A DNA stretch of 48,358 nt, filler included, from Streblomastix strix (lineage: Eukaryota): the NCBI GenBank assembly GCA_008636045.1. It is 2 parts of 2 records of this genome, joined end to end, with 100 filler letters (N's around TTAATTAATTAA, not from the genome) between each part and the next. Parts side by side here need not be neighbours in the genome. Positions count along the whole stretch, not along the records: positions 1 to 24,133 come from SNRW01000247.1; 1 more part is not named here. The stretch is one strand, 5' to 3'. Position 1 is the stretch's first letter. Each line of letters opens with the position of its first letter. The notes under the pieces were generated by a model. The model saw nothing but the letters and a program-made list of their open reading frames with translations. It was not told where the DNA came from and searched no databases. The translations under genes and the position numbers were made by a program. This document shows, in pieces, positions 1-13,869 of the stretch.

Positions 1-254
1 AATATTATTTTACAATATGTATATATACATCAATTTTTTTACTTAGTTAGACGATATTTCATACGTCGTGACGTTAGTTCGAACGATTAAACTTTTTTCA
101 ATAAATTCTCACTCAAAATCCTTTATTAATAAATCCTGTCAACTTCTAAATTTTCAAGCGGTGATAAATTAATGTCTATTTTCATTCTATCTATTAAAAG
201 CATAATTTTTATTATTTAATTTGTGTTTTATTTACATTTATAAAGTTTTTTCAA

Positions 255-1784
255 ATGGCAAAAGTTATTCGACCGAGAATTGGTATTTTTTCGATTTAAT
301 TATATTCATTGAAAGAATTTTATATGCTTGTACAGATTACAGGACAGTATAAAGCGTAAATGGCCCACTTGTAATTCTCGACCACGTCAAAGTTTGCTAA
401 TTTTTATTATATTTATTATTCATATTTTTCCATGCAGTTCCCCAAGAGCTCTGAGATTGTCAACATCACACTTGGAAATGGAGAGAGAAGAACTGGTTAG
501 ATACTAGAAGTTTCTGGCGACAAAGCTATTGTTCAAGTATTTGAAGGAACATCAGGAATTGACAACAAATATACTCATGTGGAATTTACTGGTGAAACAT
601 AGAAGATTCCAGTTAGTGAAGATGTTCTAGGTCGTGTGTTCAATGGATCAGGAAAACCCATTGACAATGGACCACCTATCATTGCTGAGGAATACTTGGA
701 TATTCAGGGAGCGGCTATTAATCCATGCAAGCGTATATATCCAAAAGAAATGATTCAGACTGGAATATCTGCTATAGATGTGATGAATAGCATTGCACGT
801 GGACAGAAGATACCACTATTCTCAGGATCAGGGCTTCCACACAATGAGATTGCAGCATAGATATGCAGATAAGCTGGTCTTGTACAACATGGTGAACGTG
901 CAGATAAAAGAGATGATAATTTTGCTATTGTATTTGCTGCAATGGGTGTGAACTAAGAAACAGCTCGCTTTTTCACACAAGATTTTGAAGAGAATGGATC
1001 AATGGGTCGTGTAACACTATTCATGAACTTAGCCAACGATCCAACTATTGAGAGAATTGTCACACCTCGTATAGCTCTGACAACAGCTGAATATCTTGCA
1101 TATGAATGTGGGAAGCATGTATTGGTTATTCTTACAGATATGTCATCATATGCAGATGCATTACGTGAAGTCTCAGCAGCAAGAGAAGAAGTACCTGGAA
1201 GACGTGGGTATCCAGGATATATGTATACAGATTTAGCTGCCATATATGAGAGAGCAGGACGTGTAGAAGGAAGAACAGGATCAATAACACAACTTCCTGT
1301 AGTTACAATGCCAAATGATGATATCACTCATCCTATTCCTGATCTTACTGGATATATTACTGAAGGATAGATATATGTTGATAGATAACTTCATAACAAG
1401 TAGATATCTCCTCCTATAAATGTACTCCCATCACTTTCACGTCTGATGAAGTCTGCAGTTGGTCCAGGTATGACTCGTGTAGATCATGCTGATGTATCCA
1501 ATCAACTATATGCTAACTATGCCATTGGTAAGGATACAGCTGCAATGAAGGCTGTTGTTGGTGAAGAGGCTCTGACAGCTGAAGACAAACTGTACCTCGA
1601 ATTCCTTGACAAGTTTGAGCGCAAATTCGTCTCACAAGGTTATTATGAATCCAGAAGCATATTTGAGTCATTGGATATCGCATGGTCCCTTCTTCGCACA
1701 TTCCCCAGAGATATGCTTAAACGTATCCCTGATAATATTATCAAGGAATATTATTCAAGGGATAGGGGCATTGGAGCTGAATGA
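255..1784 (+). CDS. VMA2: V-type proton ATPase subunit B (3 exons; introns 283-335, 392-437)
   Basis: With TAR=Gln: [36 protein letters not shown]...[91 protein letters not shown] introns restore the frame; TGA at 1782-1784. Confidence 0.98.
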
Positions 1785-1937
1785 GCACCATTCCAGAAGA
1801 AAAAGAATCTTGAACAATTAAATCTGTGCATATTATAGCTTTTTCTGTTAGATTTGTCAAGTTCGTTATACATACAAATAATAAAAACAACTCATTAATA
1901 ATTATGACTCGTTAATTTTTTTTATTTGTTTGAAATA

Positions 1938-2594
1938 TCAAAAGGTTTAATGATCCCGAATAAAATTAAGACCTTCTTCTATTTCAGAGTCAGATTTATA
2001 ATTTAATGATGGAATAAGAGCTTTTGCCTATTAGAAAAAAAACAAAGTATTAACAAGTAAATGAGTTAAAGCAGACAAACATTAATAACATCTTCAGGCA
2101 TCAAGTTAATTAGTTGTGAGTATTCATATGGTTTAAATCCCCGCGTTAAGAAATATCTTAATTTATTTGAAATAAATGAAAAGAAAAGAAAATAATATAA
2201 TACAAGTAAATTATTTAATTTTATCAAACTCTCGAATTTCAGTTAATTTGACTTCACTGTTTAGTGTAGAAAATTTTCTAGCATGTTCAAGAGAACGAGT
2301 AAATATACTGAAAAGTTAATAAGGAGAACTTTTCAGATGAGAAATATTGATATTATGTTACACACTCTGGAGGTTCTCTTCCAACATATTACTTTTTTCT
2401 TATTTCCTCCAATAATGCACAAACTGCATCATTTGGTAAGGCTTCACCTTCATCATCACCTGTATAGAATGATAATATAATATATTAATATTCAATTGCA
2501 TGCCTAATGAGCCAGCATTAATTCTCTATTATACTTTTCGCCCACCTACAAATCTATTGAGGCTAACTGATGATTATTGGTCGGGTTTCATCAT
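1938..2594 (-). CDS. RPB4: RNA polymerase II subunit RPB4 (5 exons; first intron probably GC-AG)
   Basis: Spliced translation ...INAGSLGDDEGEALPNDAVCALLEEIRKK...PPDIFTRSLEHARKFSTLNSEVKLTEIREYFLTRGFKPYEYSQLINLMPEDVINAKALIPSLNYKSDSEIEEGLNFIRDHQTF*. It matches the RPB4 pattern (FE..L.NL.PE...AKALIPSL). Not visible in the ORF track. Confidence 0.88.
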
Positions 2595-3424
2595 GTTTTA
2601 ACTAATAGAAAATAATGAAATGAATATTATATATCTTGAATTGCTAATCCAGCACACAATATGAATAATTTTAAACAATCATTTGTCATAATAAACATTT
2701 ATTTTAATTTTATATTTATTTACTTAATATTCAGGACAATTAAGAGTATATATTCTTACATAATTAATTTGATATACAACTGTATAGATTTGTAGTGGTG
2801 TTTAACTTCATTTAAATTTCCTAATAGCATGAAAACGAGAGTTTTGGTGTAAATTTTACAAAATGTCATTTTGTGAGATAATTAAATTTTTATATTTACT
2901 AATTTTAGATGTATAAAATAAAAATATATATAATAAATAATTTTTGACTTTTAAAAAAATAAAAAACAACGTAAATATGTCGCAATAGCATATTTTTCAA
3001 GAAATATTTAAATATCCTTGCAAAAAAAGAGATCTACTTTGGTCTGTGTTAAAGGGGATATGAATTATAAAAATATGCAAATATATCATAAACATCAAAT
3101 TAAATAATATTGAGAAGAAGCACAATTTTATTCACCAAATTTATCTTAAGATAACTGCGTTCCCAATGTTTGATGCTGATCATTGACGATAATTCTGCTA
3201 ATATATCTCTAAACTCTATTCAATAATAATATAATAAACTTATGAAATAACCAATAACACTAAATCGATTAATAAATTTTATTTGTGTTTTTCTCAACGA
3301 ATATTGAACAATTTTTATTGAAATTTTTATAATAAATAGATTGAATTTCGTTATTTGATATTATATGCATTCTTTATAATAATTATTGGTTTTATACATT
3401 TTTTGTGCCAGAACTAACAAAATA

Positions 3425-5105
3425 ATGCTTTGTTTAGCTTTCTCTACTGACAATCAAGCAATTCATGTGTTTTCTCCAAGTACTGGATCTATTTTAACTT
3501 CATTCAAAGAGAATAAATGTAAAGCTTAGTGCTTACTAGCTACTGACGCTATATTACTTGCTGCTTAATCAAGCACAGTCGACAACACTAAAAAATAAAT
3601 TTTAAATCTATGGTCATATGAACAAGCTTAACCTTTAACTAGGATAATCCTTCCTGAACAAGTTTCATGCATTACTGGAACACCATCTGGTCTTTTCCTT
3701 GCAGTTGGAACGACGAAGGGCAGTGTATATTTTTGGGATATGACTACTGGAAAGCTTCTTTGCAACATCCAAACCCACTTCTGCGAAATAAGTTCAATAG
3801 CTCTTGCTCCAGACTGTTCATCACTCATTGCTGGAGGAGTTGATGGCTTTGTTTGCATCCTTAACTAGGAAGAGTATACTTATACAATTTTATTATTTGT
3901 TGAATTTTACTATTTTCATCATTTTCAGTCTTTTTTGTATTTACTAAACTTCTTCACAAACTGCTCCACAAAATTTTCCTGCTCATAGTCTTGCAGTTAC
4001 ACAAGTATCTTATTTCTCAATTAATTCTTCTTGTTCATAATATCCAAAAACTACATCCATCAGTAACTTGAATTCAAAACTATTCATAACATCCTCTCTC
4101 GATTAAACTCTCAAAATATTCGAAGTTTAAACAAGAAAATTGCTAAGAACATTTTAATTTGATTCACAGCCACAATGTTTTGCAATGGATTCTTCATTAT
4201 AATCAACAATATTTGTTGGATGCACAAATGGATCTTTATTTATTGTTAATTTTGATGTAATTGATATTTTATCGCTTCCAACATCAGAAATGAATTTTGT
4301 AGGGAAGTCAAATCAGCATAATATTTTACCTCCTATAGTTACATCCTAATAACTAATAACTAAACTTCCAGCACCATTACTTTCATTATGTTGTTCAGAT
4401 GATGGATGCACAGTTGTTACTTCTTCATCTGATGGAATTATTCGTGTTTGGGACATTCCTTCTCTCACATGCATTCATTCATTGAGTTTGTATGTATAGG
4501 ATAACTAATAAGGGAATTCTATACAAACTTCATAATAATTATCAAAATCATCTTATTTTTCTAATAAAATGACTAAGAACGTATTTGTTACATGTCTTTC
4601 AAGCATTCCTGCTGTAACAACACTTATAATGTCTGGAAAAGTACCATAAATACCCGAACTATAAGAAATAGGATAAGAATAAATAAGCAAATCCACTTCT
4701 TCAACTTCATCATTGTCTCATCTGTCTGGAATCCCAAAAGCACTTCAAGTCTCAACTCCAAAAGGACATCGATCAATGGTCCTTCCTCTTCTTAGAAATA
4801 CAAATAGTGTCCCTGAAAGGATTCCTTATTTCTGCCCATCATTTATATAACAATTTCATTCAACTGATGATGGATACTCAAATGAGAATGAGAATATGCT
4901 AAATACATACTCTCTTTACTCAAACTGCTCAGATTAAACAGATTATATACCATCCGACAATTTATCAGCAACATCCATTGATATTATTACATCTTAGAAA
5001 TAGATTGAGGATCAAAAATAAGATGCAAAGAAGTTGCCATAGTAGCAATAAACAAATAAATCAATTGATTAAGTATTTTCACAACTTATTGATAAATTTT
5101 TATGA
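3425..5105 (+). CDS. WD40 protein, WDR18/IPI3-like pre-rRNA processing factor (intron 3874-3928)
   Basis: RIILPEQVSCITGTPSGLFLAVGTTKGSVYFWDMTTGKLLCNIQTHFCEISSIAL...LIAGGVDGFVCI resembles IPI3/WDR18. Further WD repeats (TSSSDGIIRVWDI); TGA at 5103-5105. A small upstream exon cannot be excluded. Confidence 0.78.
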
Positions 5106-5221
5106 TTATTGTTTTAATAAAATGAGTTGAAATAATCGATAATATAATATTTTTTTATTTTCTTATAAAATTATGACTGGTTGAACCATTAATTTATAAA
5201 GACAATTAATTTAAACCAAGA

Positions 5222-6188
5222 TCAAAACCCGCCTCTTCTATTCTTCATTGCAGGGTTAACAGTATAAACATATCCCTGCTGATTACTCTAGTTCTACTAC
5301 TACTACTATTATTATTATTATTATCTTAATTTCTTTCTTTTTTATCTTTATTCATTTTTTCTGCATGCCCATACTACAATGAATATTATTCCAAATGCAA
5401 GTATGAAGACTGAATTAGATATAATAATAATAAATTGAGTAATAACAACAATAATAAATCTAATATTCAATTATATTTCCCTCATATAATATAATACTTC
5501 CAATAATCCACCCAATCCAAGATCTTCCTCCATTAAGAGTAGAATAAGACACAATTGTTGATACTGATGCAAATAATATTAAAAGAGCTCTCTCGCAGAA
5601 TGTTGAAAGAAAGAAGGTGCTTCCTCTACATTGGTTTATACGCTCACATCTTAACTCATTAAACAGGAGAAGGAGACCCAAAACACTAAACAAGAAAATA
5701 AAATAAAAGAATATCAATAGATTAAATAATAATAATAATAATATACATGTTCAACAGAGCGAAAATGAATCCAGGAAACCAATTTGAACGACTTGAAAAG
5801 CATAAGGCCAAGTACATTATTCCAGACAGACCAATTAGAATAAGAGCGATTACTATCGCCCCAATAACAATAAAGACATGCATATACTTTGAGGTACAAC
5901 ATTATGCAGTTTATCTAGTACATTTTGTTTCCTGGCGTTATGGAGGTTGATATTGTTATTAGGCATATGGCTGGTCTTGTGCATATTACTGAGATTATGG
6001 GAGCTATTATTCATAAGGTGATTATTACTACGTTTGGATTTAAGAGGATTTATGAACCAATTTAGGTTGGGGTGGAGCTCTTTGTGGTGGTTCATCTCCC
6101 ATGCTTTGCATCCCTTATGATATAAAAGATAGAATAATACCTAAATTAATATGAATTATATAAAACCTGGGTACTGAGGCTAGTCCAT
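5222..6188 (-). CDS. Four-TM membrane protein, TVP15/COPI-associated-like (4 exons)
   Basis: Q/P-rich N-terminus, then hydrophobic helices: VFIVIGAIVIALILIGLSGIMYL, GFIFALLNIVLGLLLLFNELR, FFLSTFCERALLILFASV, WIGWIIGIFILAFGIIFIVVWAC. Poly-Q tail coded by TAA/TAG; TGA at 5222-5224. Family assignment is by pattern only. Confidence 0.7.
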
Positions 6189-6693
6189 GCAAAATTCTGC
6201 AATAAAAATATTTAAAATAAATGAGATTGAAATAGAAAAATGAGAAAAAAAAATAAATAAAAATTTGAATGATTAAAAGAGAAGCGAGAAAGATGAATAA
6301 AGAAGTTAAAATGGTGAATAATAAATAAATATGAAGGGTTGTCGTCCAATAGGCTTTTTATTTGATATTGAAAGTAATCAAATTATTGATTCAACAAACA
6401 GTGTATTAACATAATAAATATAATAATGAAGACGCTGAAATTACCAGAATAGTACTGAATAATGTTAAATGTTCATATATAGCACGCCGCGCTCAGGTTT
6501 ATAAAATTATTTTTTGGTTTTGGCTGAGCTTTGCCATTGCTTAAAAGAGTATGAAAAATATTATTTTGATTTTAAAATATGAATATTAATGTATAGATAA
6601 TAGATTTTTAGAATAGTAAACTCCTGCTGATAAAAAGATTGTATTTCGTCCCAGTTATTTATTATTACATAGTCTTGTATAGAACAAGCATAA
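6185..6693. repeat. Direct repeat copy 1 (region upstream of the TVP15-like gene)
   Basis: 6434-6693 aligns without gaps to 9810-10069 (about 9 mismatches in 260 nt by eye). Weaker similarity continues back to the start codon (ccatgcaaaattctgcaataaa). Confidence 0.93.
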
Positions 6694-6791
6694 CAATATT
6701 TTCAGTAACAATTTTATTAGGCATATACAGTGCTAATGTGCTTTGATTTGTTAACAAAACATCGATCATATTGAATTAATCAGTAATAATT

Positions 6792-9606
6792 TCAGATATT
6801 TTATTTATCAGTATCACCTTTATCTTCATCTTCATCTTCATTCCTCTTTCGCTTCACTTTTTTCATTAACATCAAATTATTATCATTATCTTCGTCTGAG
6901 TTGTCATCAAGCAGAATAGTATCAATAAATGAAAGATCAATTTATTCATTAGTTTCTTCATCATTATTGTTTTTCACATTTTTATTGAGATTTTCTTTTT
7001 CCAATTCTTATATATACATTTCTATTTCATTCTGTTCTTATTCTTATATTTGATGATGATTATTCTTTCTGCATTCTCTAACAGCTCCATATTTCTTTGT
7101 TACATTTTAATCAATATCTTTTTAATTCTCTTCATCATCTACTTCAACTAAGGACATAAATATATTTTAATCTGAATTCTTTAGGTTATTTCTTTTCTTT
7201 TTCTTTTTCGTATACACTTTTTCTTTTTCTTTTTCTTATTTTAAATTTATACTCTGAGTTTCAGGTGTAATATTATTTATCTGATTTATTATCTCTGAAC
7301 TATATTCTGTTTTATTATTTGAATCCTCAGAAAAGAAAGAATGAATATTTAATTCATCAATTTCTTATTCAGAATCACTACTAACATCAATTACTAATGC
7401 ATTTTATACACCAATTCCAGATTAACTTCCAGAGATTTATTTGTCATCAGATTGAACTTCAATTTCTACATCAGAATCCAGATCTATAAGATTAATTTCA
7501 TCCCTTATTTATGTCTGATCTCTTTATCTTGAAATTTAATTTGTAATATTTGGATGAAGAAGAGTTGCATGACTATGGAATGATGGATATTATGATCTGT
7601 TTCTGTATTAAGTTAAATGCTAAGAATTATTAGCAATTTAATCTGAGTCGTTTTACTAATCTTAAATATATAATGATATAGGAGCAGATTATAACGAATC
7701 AAAATGAATAGATGAAGAATTTGGTATAGAACTAAAATTAAATATTGAATCAGATGTTGGAGAAGATGAAGAATTGCTATTTCGTTGCTAAAAAAGAGTA
7801 CTAAATGTAGGAATTAGATTCATATATGGTCTTTATTCATTATGTTCAGGAGAAGCAAATGGTTATGGATGTTAAGAAGGAATAAATATTGGGTCATTTG
7901 TATTTAAAAGTTAGTTTCTACTATTTTATTGATTTAAATATACTTAAGAATTTAATTGCTAATTTGATGAACTTGGTTACTTTTAGAATCTATTCTTCTA
8001 GATAGGTATATCAAGCATGTGTTGGTATCTATATTAATCAGTAACTGCTGATGATGGAGCAACAAGATTATCAAATATATCATTAATTATATTCACATCA
8101 AATCTTTCAATTGCACAAATTTCATCCAATAACTGATCAGTGTTTTCATTATCATCTTCATTGTCATATATTTCACCATTTCCCCAATCAATAAGACTAT
8201 TAATTTCATTTGAGGTATTTTCATCTTCAACAAAAGACTTTCCCAAAGTTCTATTAGAATTTATTGATTTATTTACTTTTGACTGTTAATGAAGATTATT
8301 CTTATTATCCAATTTACTATTTTAATCACTATGCTAAATGCTGAATTCACTTTTAATTTCTGCAGAATTCTGATCTATTGCTTTAAGAAGAGTTGATGTC
8401 TATGTGTTAGAATTATTATTCTGCACAGATGATTATTATGAATTAGAAGATAAACTTTGTAGTTGAACTGCCTGAGGTTGAGTTTGACGTGTGAAAGGAG
8501 ATGCTATTGATGAGAAGATGCGCATCATATTAACAAATGGGTGGAAAACTCTGCTTTATGAATTATCGACACCTCTACTCTATGTTAATGAAAATTCACT
8601 TTCACTCATTTCTTGTATTTCATCATCTGAAGCATTTGCATTTGTTTCTTATTAGAATTAATTAATATCAAAAATTGGAAATACTCCAACACCGAATGGA
8701 TGAACACTTTATACTTTATGCCCCCAATAACGAGTTTATTTATCATATTCTAATAAATTCTGACTTCGAGTTCTCATTGCAAAAATAATAAAGTTTGTTA
8801 TTTCCCTAAGAAATGTATTAACCATTGATTAGCATTGATGCAAAGAGAATAAATCTTACAAATACTTATTTGTCTGCTGACTGAATAATCCAAAGCGAGA
8901 TATTATTCCAATAATAAGATCTACTCTCTGTTATACTGCAGCTTCTTAGAATATTATTTAAATTTCGCGTGTTAGCCAATATTTACAAATATTTAGAAAT
9001 AGATGATTTTTCCTGGATTAACCTAAATTATGTTAAATTGTAAAATTACAAGTGATAATATCATGCAAAAATATATCACATACTAATATTAAACATGCTA
9101 TTTTTTGTGAATGGAACGGAAAGGAATAAGTTTCGAGTGTATATATTTCTCCGATATTTGTGCATAGATGAGAAAAATCCAATTTTACTATCCATTAATG
9201 AACGAACTACATCAATAGGAACTTCAGTACGAACTGAAGGATGCTTTAAAAGAGCACGTTATAACTATTTATCTTAGTTGACTGTTGAAGCAGCATCATT
9301 TATCTTGATAGGAGCATGCTTTGCTGCATCATTTAGGTCAAAAATACTACAAGTTTATTCATCAGAGTTAATATCGAATGCAATGAATTAGATCTAACTT
9401 CGACACAACGGACAAACATTTGTTTTAGTTGAGTGTGCAATTGAATTAAAAATACAGAGTAAATCTACAATGCATTGTATAAAATTGAATTTTCACAAAA
9501 ATATTCAAAATATATATTGCAAACCGAAGCTATGTAGGCAACCACTCAAAATAACTGGTCGTGTTAAACGATCTAAACATATTGTACAGTTTGAATGCTT
9601 CTCCAT
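6792..9606 (-). CDS. TOPORS-like RING E3 ubiquitin ligase (4 exons) with long low-complexity acidic C-terminus
   Basis: MEKHSNCTICLDRLTRPVILSGCLHSF|DLLCIFNS...VCPLCRSQIQFI (RING), followed by TOPORS-like motifs YRRNIYTRNL, YWLTREIQII, EITNFIIFAMRTRSQNLLEYDKQTRY. Three GT-AG introns; TGA at 6792-6794. Confidence 0.8.
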
Positions 9607-10069
9607 GTAAAATTCTACAATAAATAATCTAAAATTAAGTCTGAAATATGAAAAGAGAAGTGAGAAAGATTAAAAAAGAAGTTATAAATATAAATAATAA
9701 ATAAATATACAGGGTTGTCGTCCAGCGGGATTTTTATTTGATATTGAAAGTGATTAGATTTTTATTTAGATATTTTGGGAAGGAATAAAATGAATAAAAT
9801 AATGACGATGCTGAAATTACCAGAATAGTACTGAATAATTTTAAATGTTCATATACAGCACGCCGCGCTCAGGTTTATAAAATTATTTTTTGGTTTTGGC
9901 TGCGCTTTGCCATTGTTTAAAAGAGTATGAAAAATATTATTTTGACTTTAAAATATGAATATTAATGTATAGATAATAGATTTTTAGAATAGTAAACCCT
10001 TGCTGATAAAAAGATTGTATTTCGTCCCAGCTATTTATTATTACATAGTCTTGTTTAGAACAAGCATAA
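9603..10069. repeat. Direct repeat copy 2 (region upstream of the TOPORS-like gene)
   Basis: Second copy of 6185-6693; starts at ccatgtaaaattctacaataaa, i.e. at the RING gene start codon. Confidence 0.93.
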
Positions 10070-10455
10070 TTATATCTCTATAAATAAATCAATAAGTTAA
10101 ATTTTCAGTTAACAGGTTTCTTAGCTCCCAAAATTACATCGATCTGAAAAAAGTGTAATTTTCATTTTATTAATTAACCAAATTTTTTTATGTTAAAATT
10201 TATATTAATTATATTTATACATAATAATTATTGTACTTTAATAAGCTTTATATGCTATATGCACTCTCTCATAATACATAATACATACATTTAATTGTTT
10301 TTATGACTTTAAAGCCAAAATATGAGCTAAATTTCCTTTTATAGCAAAGTCAAAATATTTATTAATAGATGTATCCAGTTATTACCTATTTAAAACTTAA
10401 TTTTGTTTAATTAAAATAGATTAATTTACCCATCAGAAGGTCTACATAAAATTCT

Positions 10456-12241
10456 ATGTCTGTTGAAAGAAATAAAAACAAAGCGAAGAGCTTTGTTCAA
10501 GCAGATTTGGTTGCTTTAGTTTAGAAAAAAGAACTGATAAAGAAAGTTGATGAAAGTTCTTCACAACGAGGTAAAAAGGGTGGAGCTCGAAAGCCAGGAA
10601 ATTAAACACCTCGTAAGCGCTCAGTTAATAATCATACAAAGAAAGTTACAGTTACGCCCAATTTATAAGTATGTACTTAAAGTGCTGTGAATGAACCAGA
10701 TCGAACAGCAGACTCTTTATTCTCACCTTCATTCCACCTGAAGAAGGATTCCACACTTCTCCAATTTTTCAAACCCATAAGTTAGATTGGTTAAAATGAA
10801 ATGAAAGACTATACTACAAACAATAGAAGATTACATCCTAATCCAGCTTATGAGAGTATTCCAGATTTCCCATCTCATTTATTTAATCTACAATAAGTAG
10901 AAGATAAGAATCAATCAATTTAGAACACCACTTCATCCACTTCATTAACAACTCCTTAATCAATTCAGAAAGTGAATAAACTTCCTGTTCTCACTTTAAA
11001 GAAGAAATCAAAAGCAAAAACATAAACTAAGAAGCCAACAAAACAAAAGAAGTCTTCATCAAGTAATAAATCTTCATAATCCAATTAAAATGTAACCAAT
11101 TAAAGATACCCATAATTATAATTACCATCTCCATATTCTCCACTTCCATAACTAACACCAATTCATACTCCAGAATTAGTTGATGATACTGCTTCTATTT
11201 CTATTTATATTTCTACTCCTATTAATAAATAATAATCTGAATTAAGTATAATTAATGAAGAGAAAGATTAAACTAATGAAATTAAGACTGATGAAGTAAT
11301 GACTGAATTGTTAATTATAGAAGAAAAGGAAATAAAATCAATTACATAATATGAGGCAATATCAGAACAAATATCTCTATAAACATCAATTGAAAAAACT
11401 CCACATCATAAAAATAAAATTATTGAATAAGAGAAGATTATCAAATAGAAAACACCTTAGAAATAACACAAGAATAAGAGCCCAGAGAAATAAAGCCACT
11501 ATTTAGAAGTATAAAATGTATCATAATCACTTCATGAATCCAATTAATCTTTGAAAAGGAAGAAATCACCTCGTCAACACAAAACTAATTCATCCACATT
11601 TAGACCTCCATCTCTTGATGATCACATAGAAGAGTCATTGAGTGATGCTGATGAGAAAGATAAATAAGGAATAAATATATAATAGAATATATAATAGAAT
11701 ATATAATAGAATAAAGAGGAATATAAATAAGAGATAAAAAGAAAGGAAAAAGATTTGAGTCATTTCACAGAATCGAGTAAAGATAACATTATTGGAAAAT
11801 AAGATTAAATTATGAATTAGAATTAAATATCTAATTCAATCATCACACCACTTCCACAAACTGCATCAGATTAGAATATCAATTCATCTCGATTTCTTTC
11901 ACCTCAACCTTCTCAAATTAATAATCTTCATATTCAACCTCAAAGATAACTGTCTCCTACAATTCTTAATAACAGTATATCCAACTCAGATTAAAAGTCT
12001 TCTTCTCCTTCATTTATAACACAAGTCTAATAAACCTCTAATATATCATCTTTCTAATCTCCAAATGTATCTCCAATCATTTCACCTTATATTCATTCTC
12101 CATCTCCTTCTTCTTAGATAAAGGAAATAAATGAAGATAAAGAGAATAATGAAAGTATATCAGTTGGTGTTAATGGAACATATGGACGTAAGAGAATGAG
12201 GGTTGATTCACATGTTGGTATTCAGAAGGGTAATCAAATTG

Positions 12242-12326
<85 letters not shown>

Positions 12327-13831
12327 TAATATAATAAAGAGCAATAGAAATAACAAGAAACAAAACAATTCAGTCTCAATTAATGCCAATGAAGAAGAAG
12401 ATGATGATAAACCAGTTGATTGGAGGAAGATGGAGAAGAAGAAGAGGAAAAGAAATGGATCAAATGAAGGAATAAATAAATAAGGTGAATAATTGATGGA
12501 AAAGGATGGAGATGAATTGAGTGAATTAATTGAAGAATTTGATGATGAAATTGAAAATGATGAAAAAGATAATAAAATGATCAAAGATGATGAATAACAA
12601 ATAAATGAAAAGAAGAAGAAAAGAAAGAAAAAGAAAACAATGAAGAAAGATAAAGAATAAGATATTAATGATATTGATATTGATGATGATATTGATGAAG
12701 AAGATGAAGAAGGATTTATTCCCCAACCCAGATGGAGACCAGAAGACATTAATTACCCACCTCAACCTCCATTAGATATTCAATCTCCAGAATTAGCTAT
12801 TGATGAGAGCAACCCATATTATATGATATCATTACTTCCTCCTTTAGATTATTTAGATAAATATCTGAAAGCCAATATAGAGAAGCTTTAATATATGCAA
12901 GGAGGTAAAGGAAGAGATAATAATCACAGAAATAAGAGAAATAGCATCAGTCCAAATAGAGCAAATAAAAGCATAACAAAGAACAGTCAATCACCAAATA
13001 AATAATAAGGATAATCATCAGATATAATACCAAGTACAAGTATATATGAATTCTATTCAACTGGAGTTCCATTCCTCCCTCCTCAAAAGAAGGTTAAATA
13101 TATTAGAAATAAACAAAGGAAGAATAGAAGAGAAAAAAGAGAAAGAAAATAAAGCAAGAAAAACCAGAATTAATCAGAAATGAAGAAAGATGATTAAATA
13201 CGAATAAATTAGAATGAATAAATAGATAATCTTATATAAATAGGAGAAGAATCTGATGATGATGTTATATAGCACAGCAGCTAAGATATGGATGAAGAAC
13301 AGGATGTGAATTATGATGAAACAGACTCATCAGATGATGAATATATTGTAGTTGAAACAGATGAGTATGTAGAACCTGGAAATGAGAGGCCTACACTTGT
13401 GTTGGATCTTGATGAGACTCTTGTTCATTGTGATGTTAATAGGATGGATTAATATGATACAGTTATCAGTGTCAGAACAGGTAATCAGAATTCAGGATCA
13501 AATATGAATAGAAGTGGATAAGGAATTGGAGAATGTTTGATATATGTCCGATTCAGACCTTGTTTCAGAAAGTTCCTTAGAAGAGTATAGAGACATTATG
13601 AAGTGGTATATAAATGATTTAAATATTAATAATTAATACTTCAACATTACTATTAACATTACTATACTGTATTAATATATTATATTATTATTTACTATAT
13701 AGGTTATATTCACAGCATCATAAGGTACATATGCAAATGCTGTTATTGATCTCATGGATCCAACTGGAAAGATTATCAGTCACAGATTATTCAGAGAAGC
13801 CTGTCTTGCACTTGAATCAAATTACTTCAAA

Positions 13832-13869
<38 letters not shown>

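Noticed and set aside
255..1784. Genes as pseudogenes riddled with stop codons
   Set aside because: The stops are only TAA/TAG at Gln positions, which the alternative code explains.
2640..3360. Possible small exons on the minus strand between RPB4 and the WDR18-like gene
   Set aside because: I could not build a coherent spliced ORF or recognise a domain.
6185..10069. LTR retrotransposon (direct repeats ~3.4 kb apart)
   Set aside because: The interior is an intron-containing host RING gene. No gag/pol, no TG...CA ends and no TSD seen.
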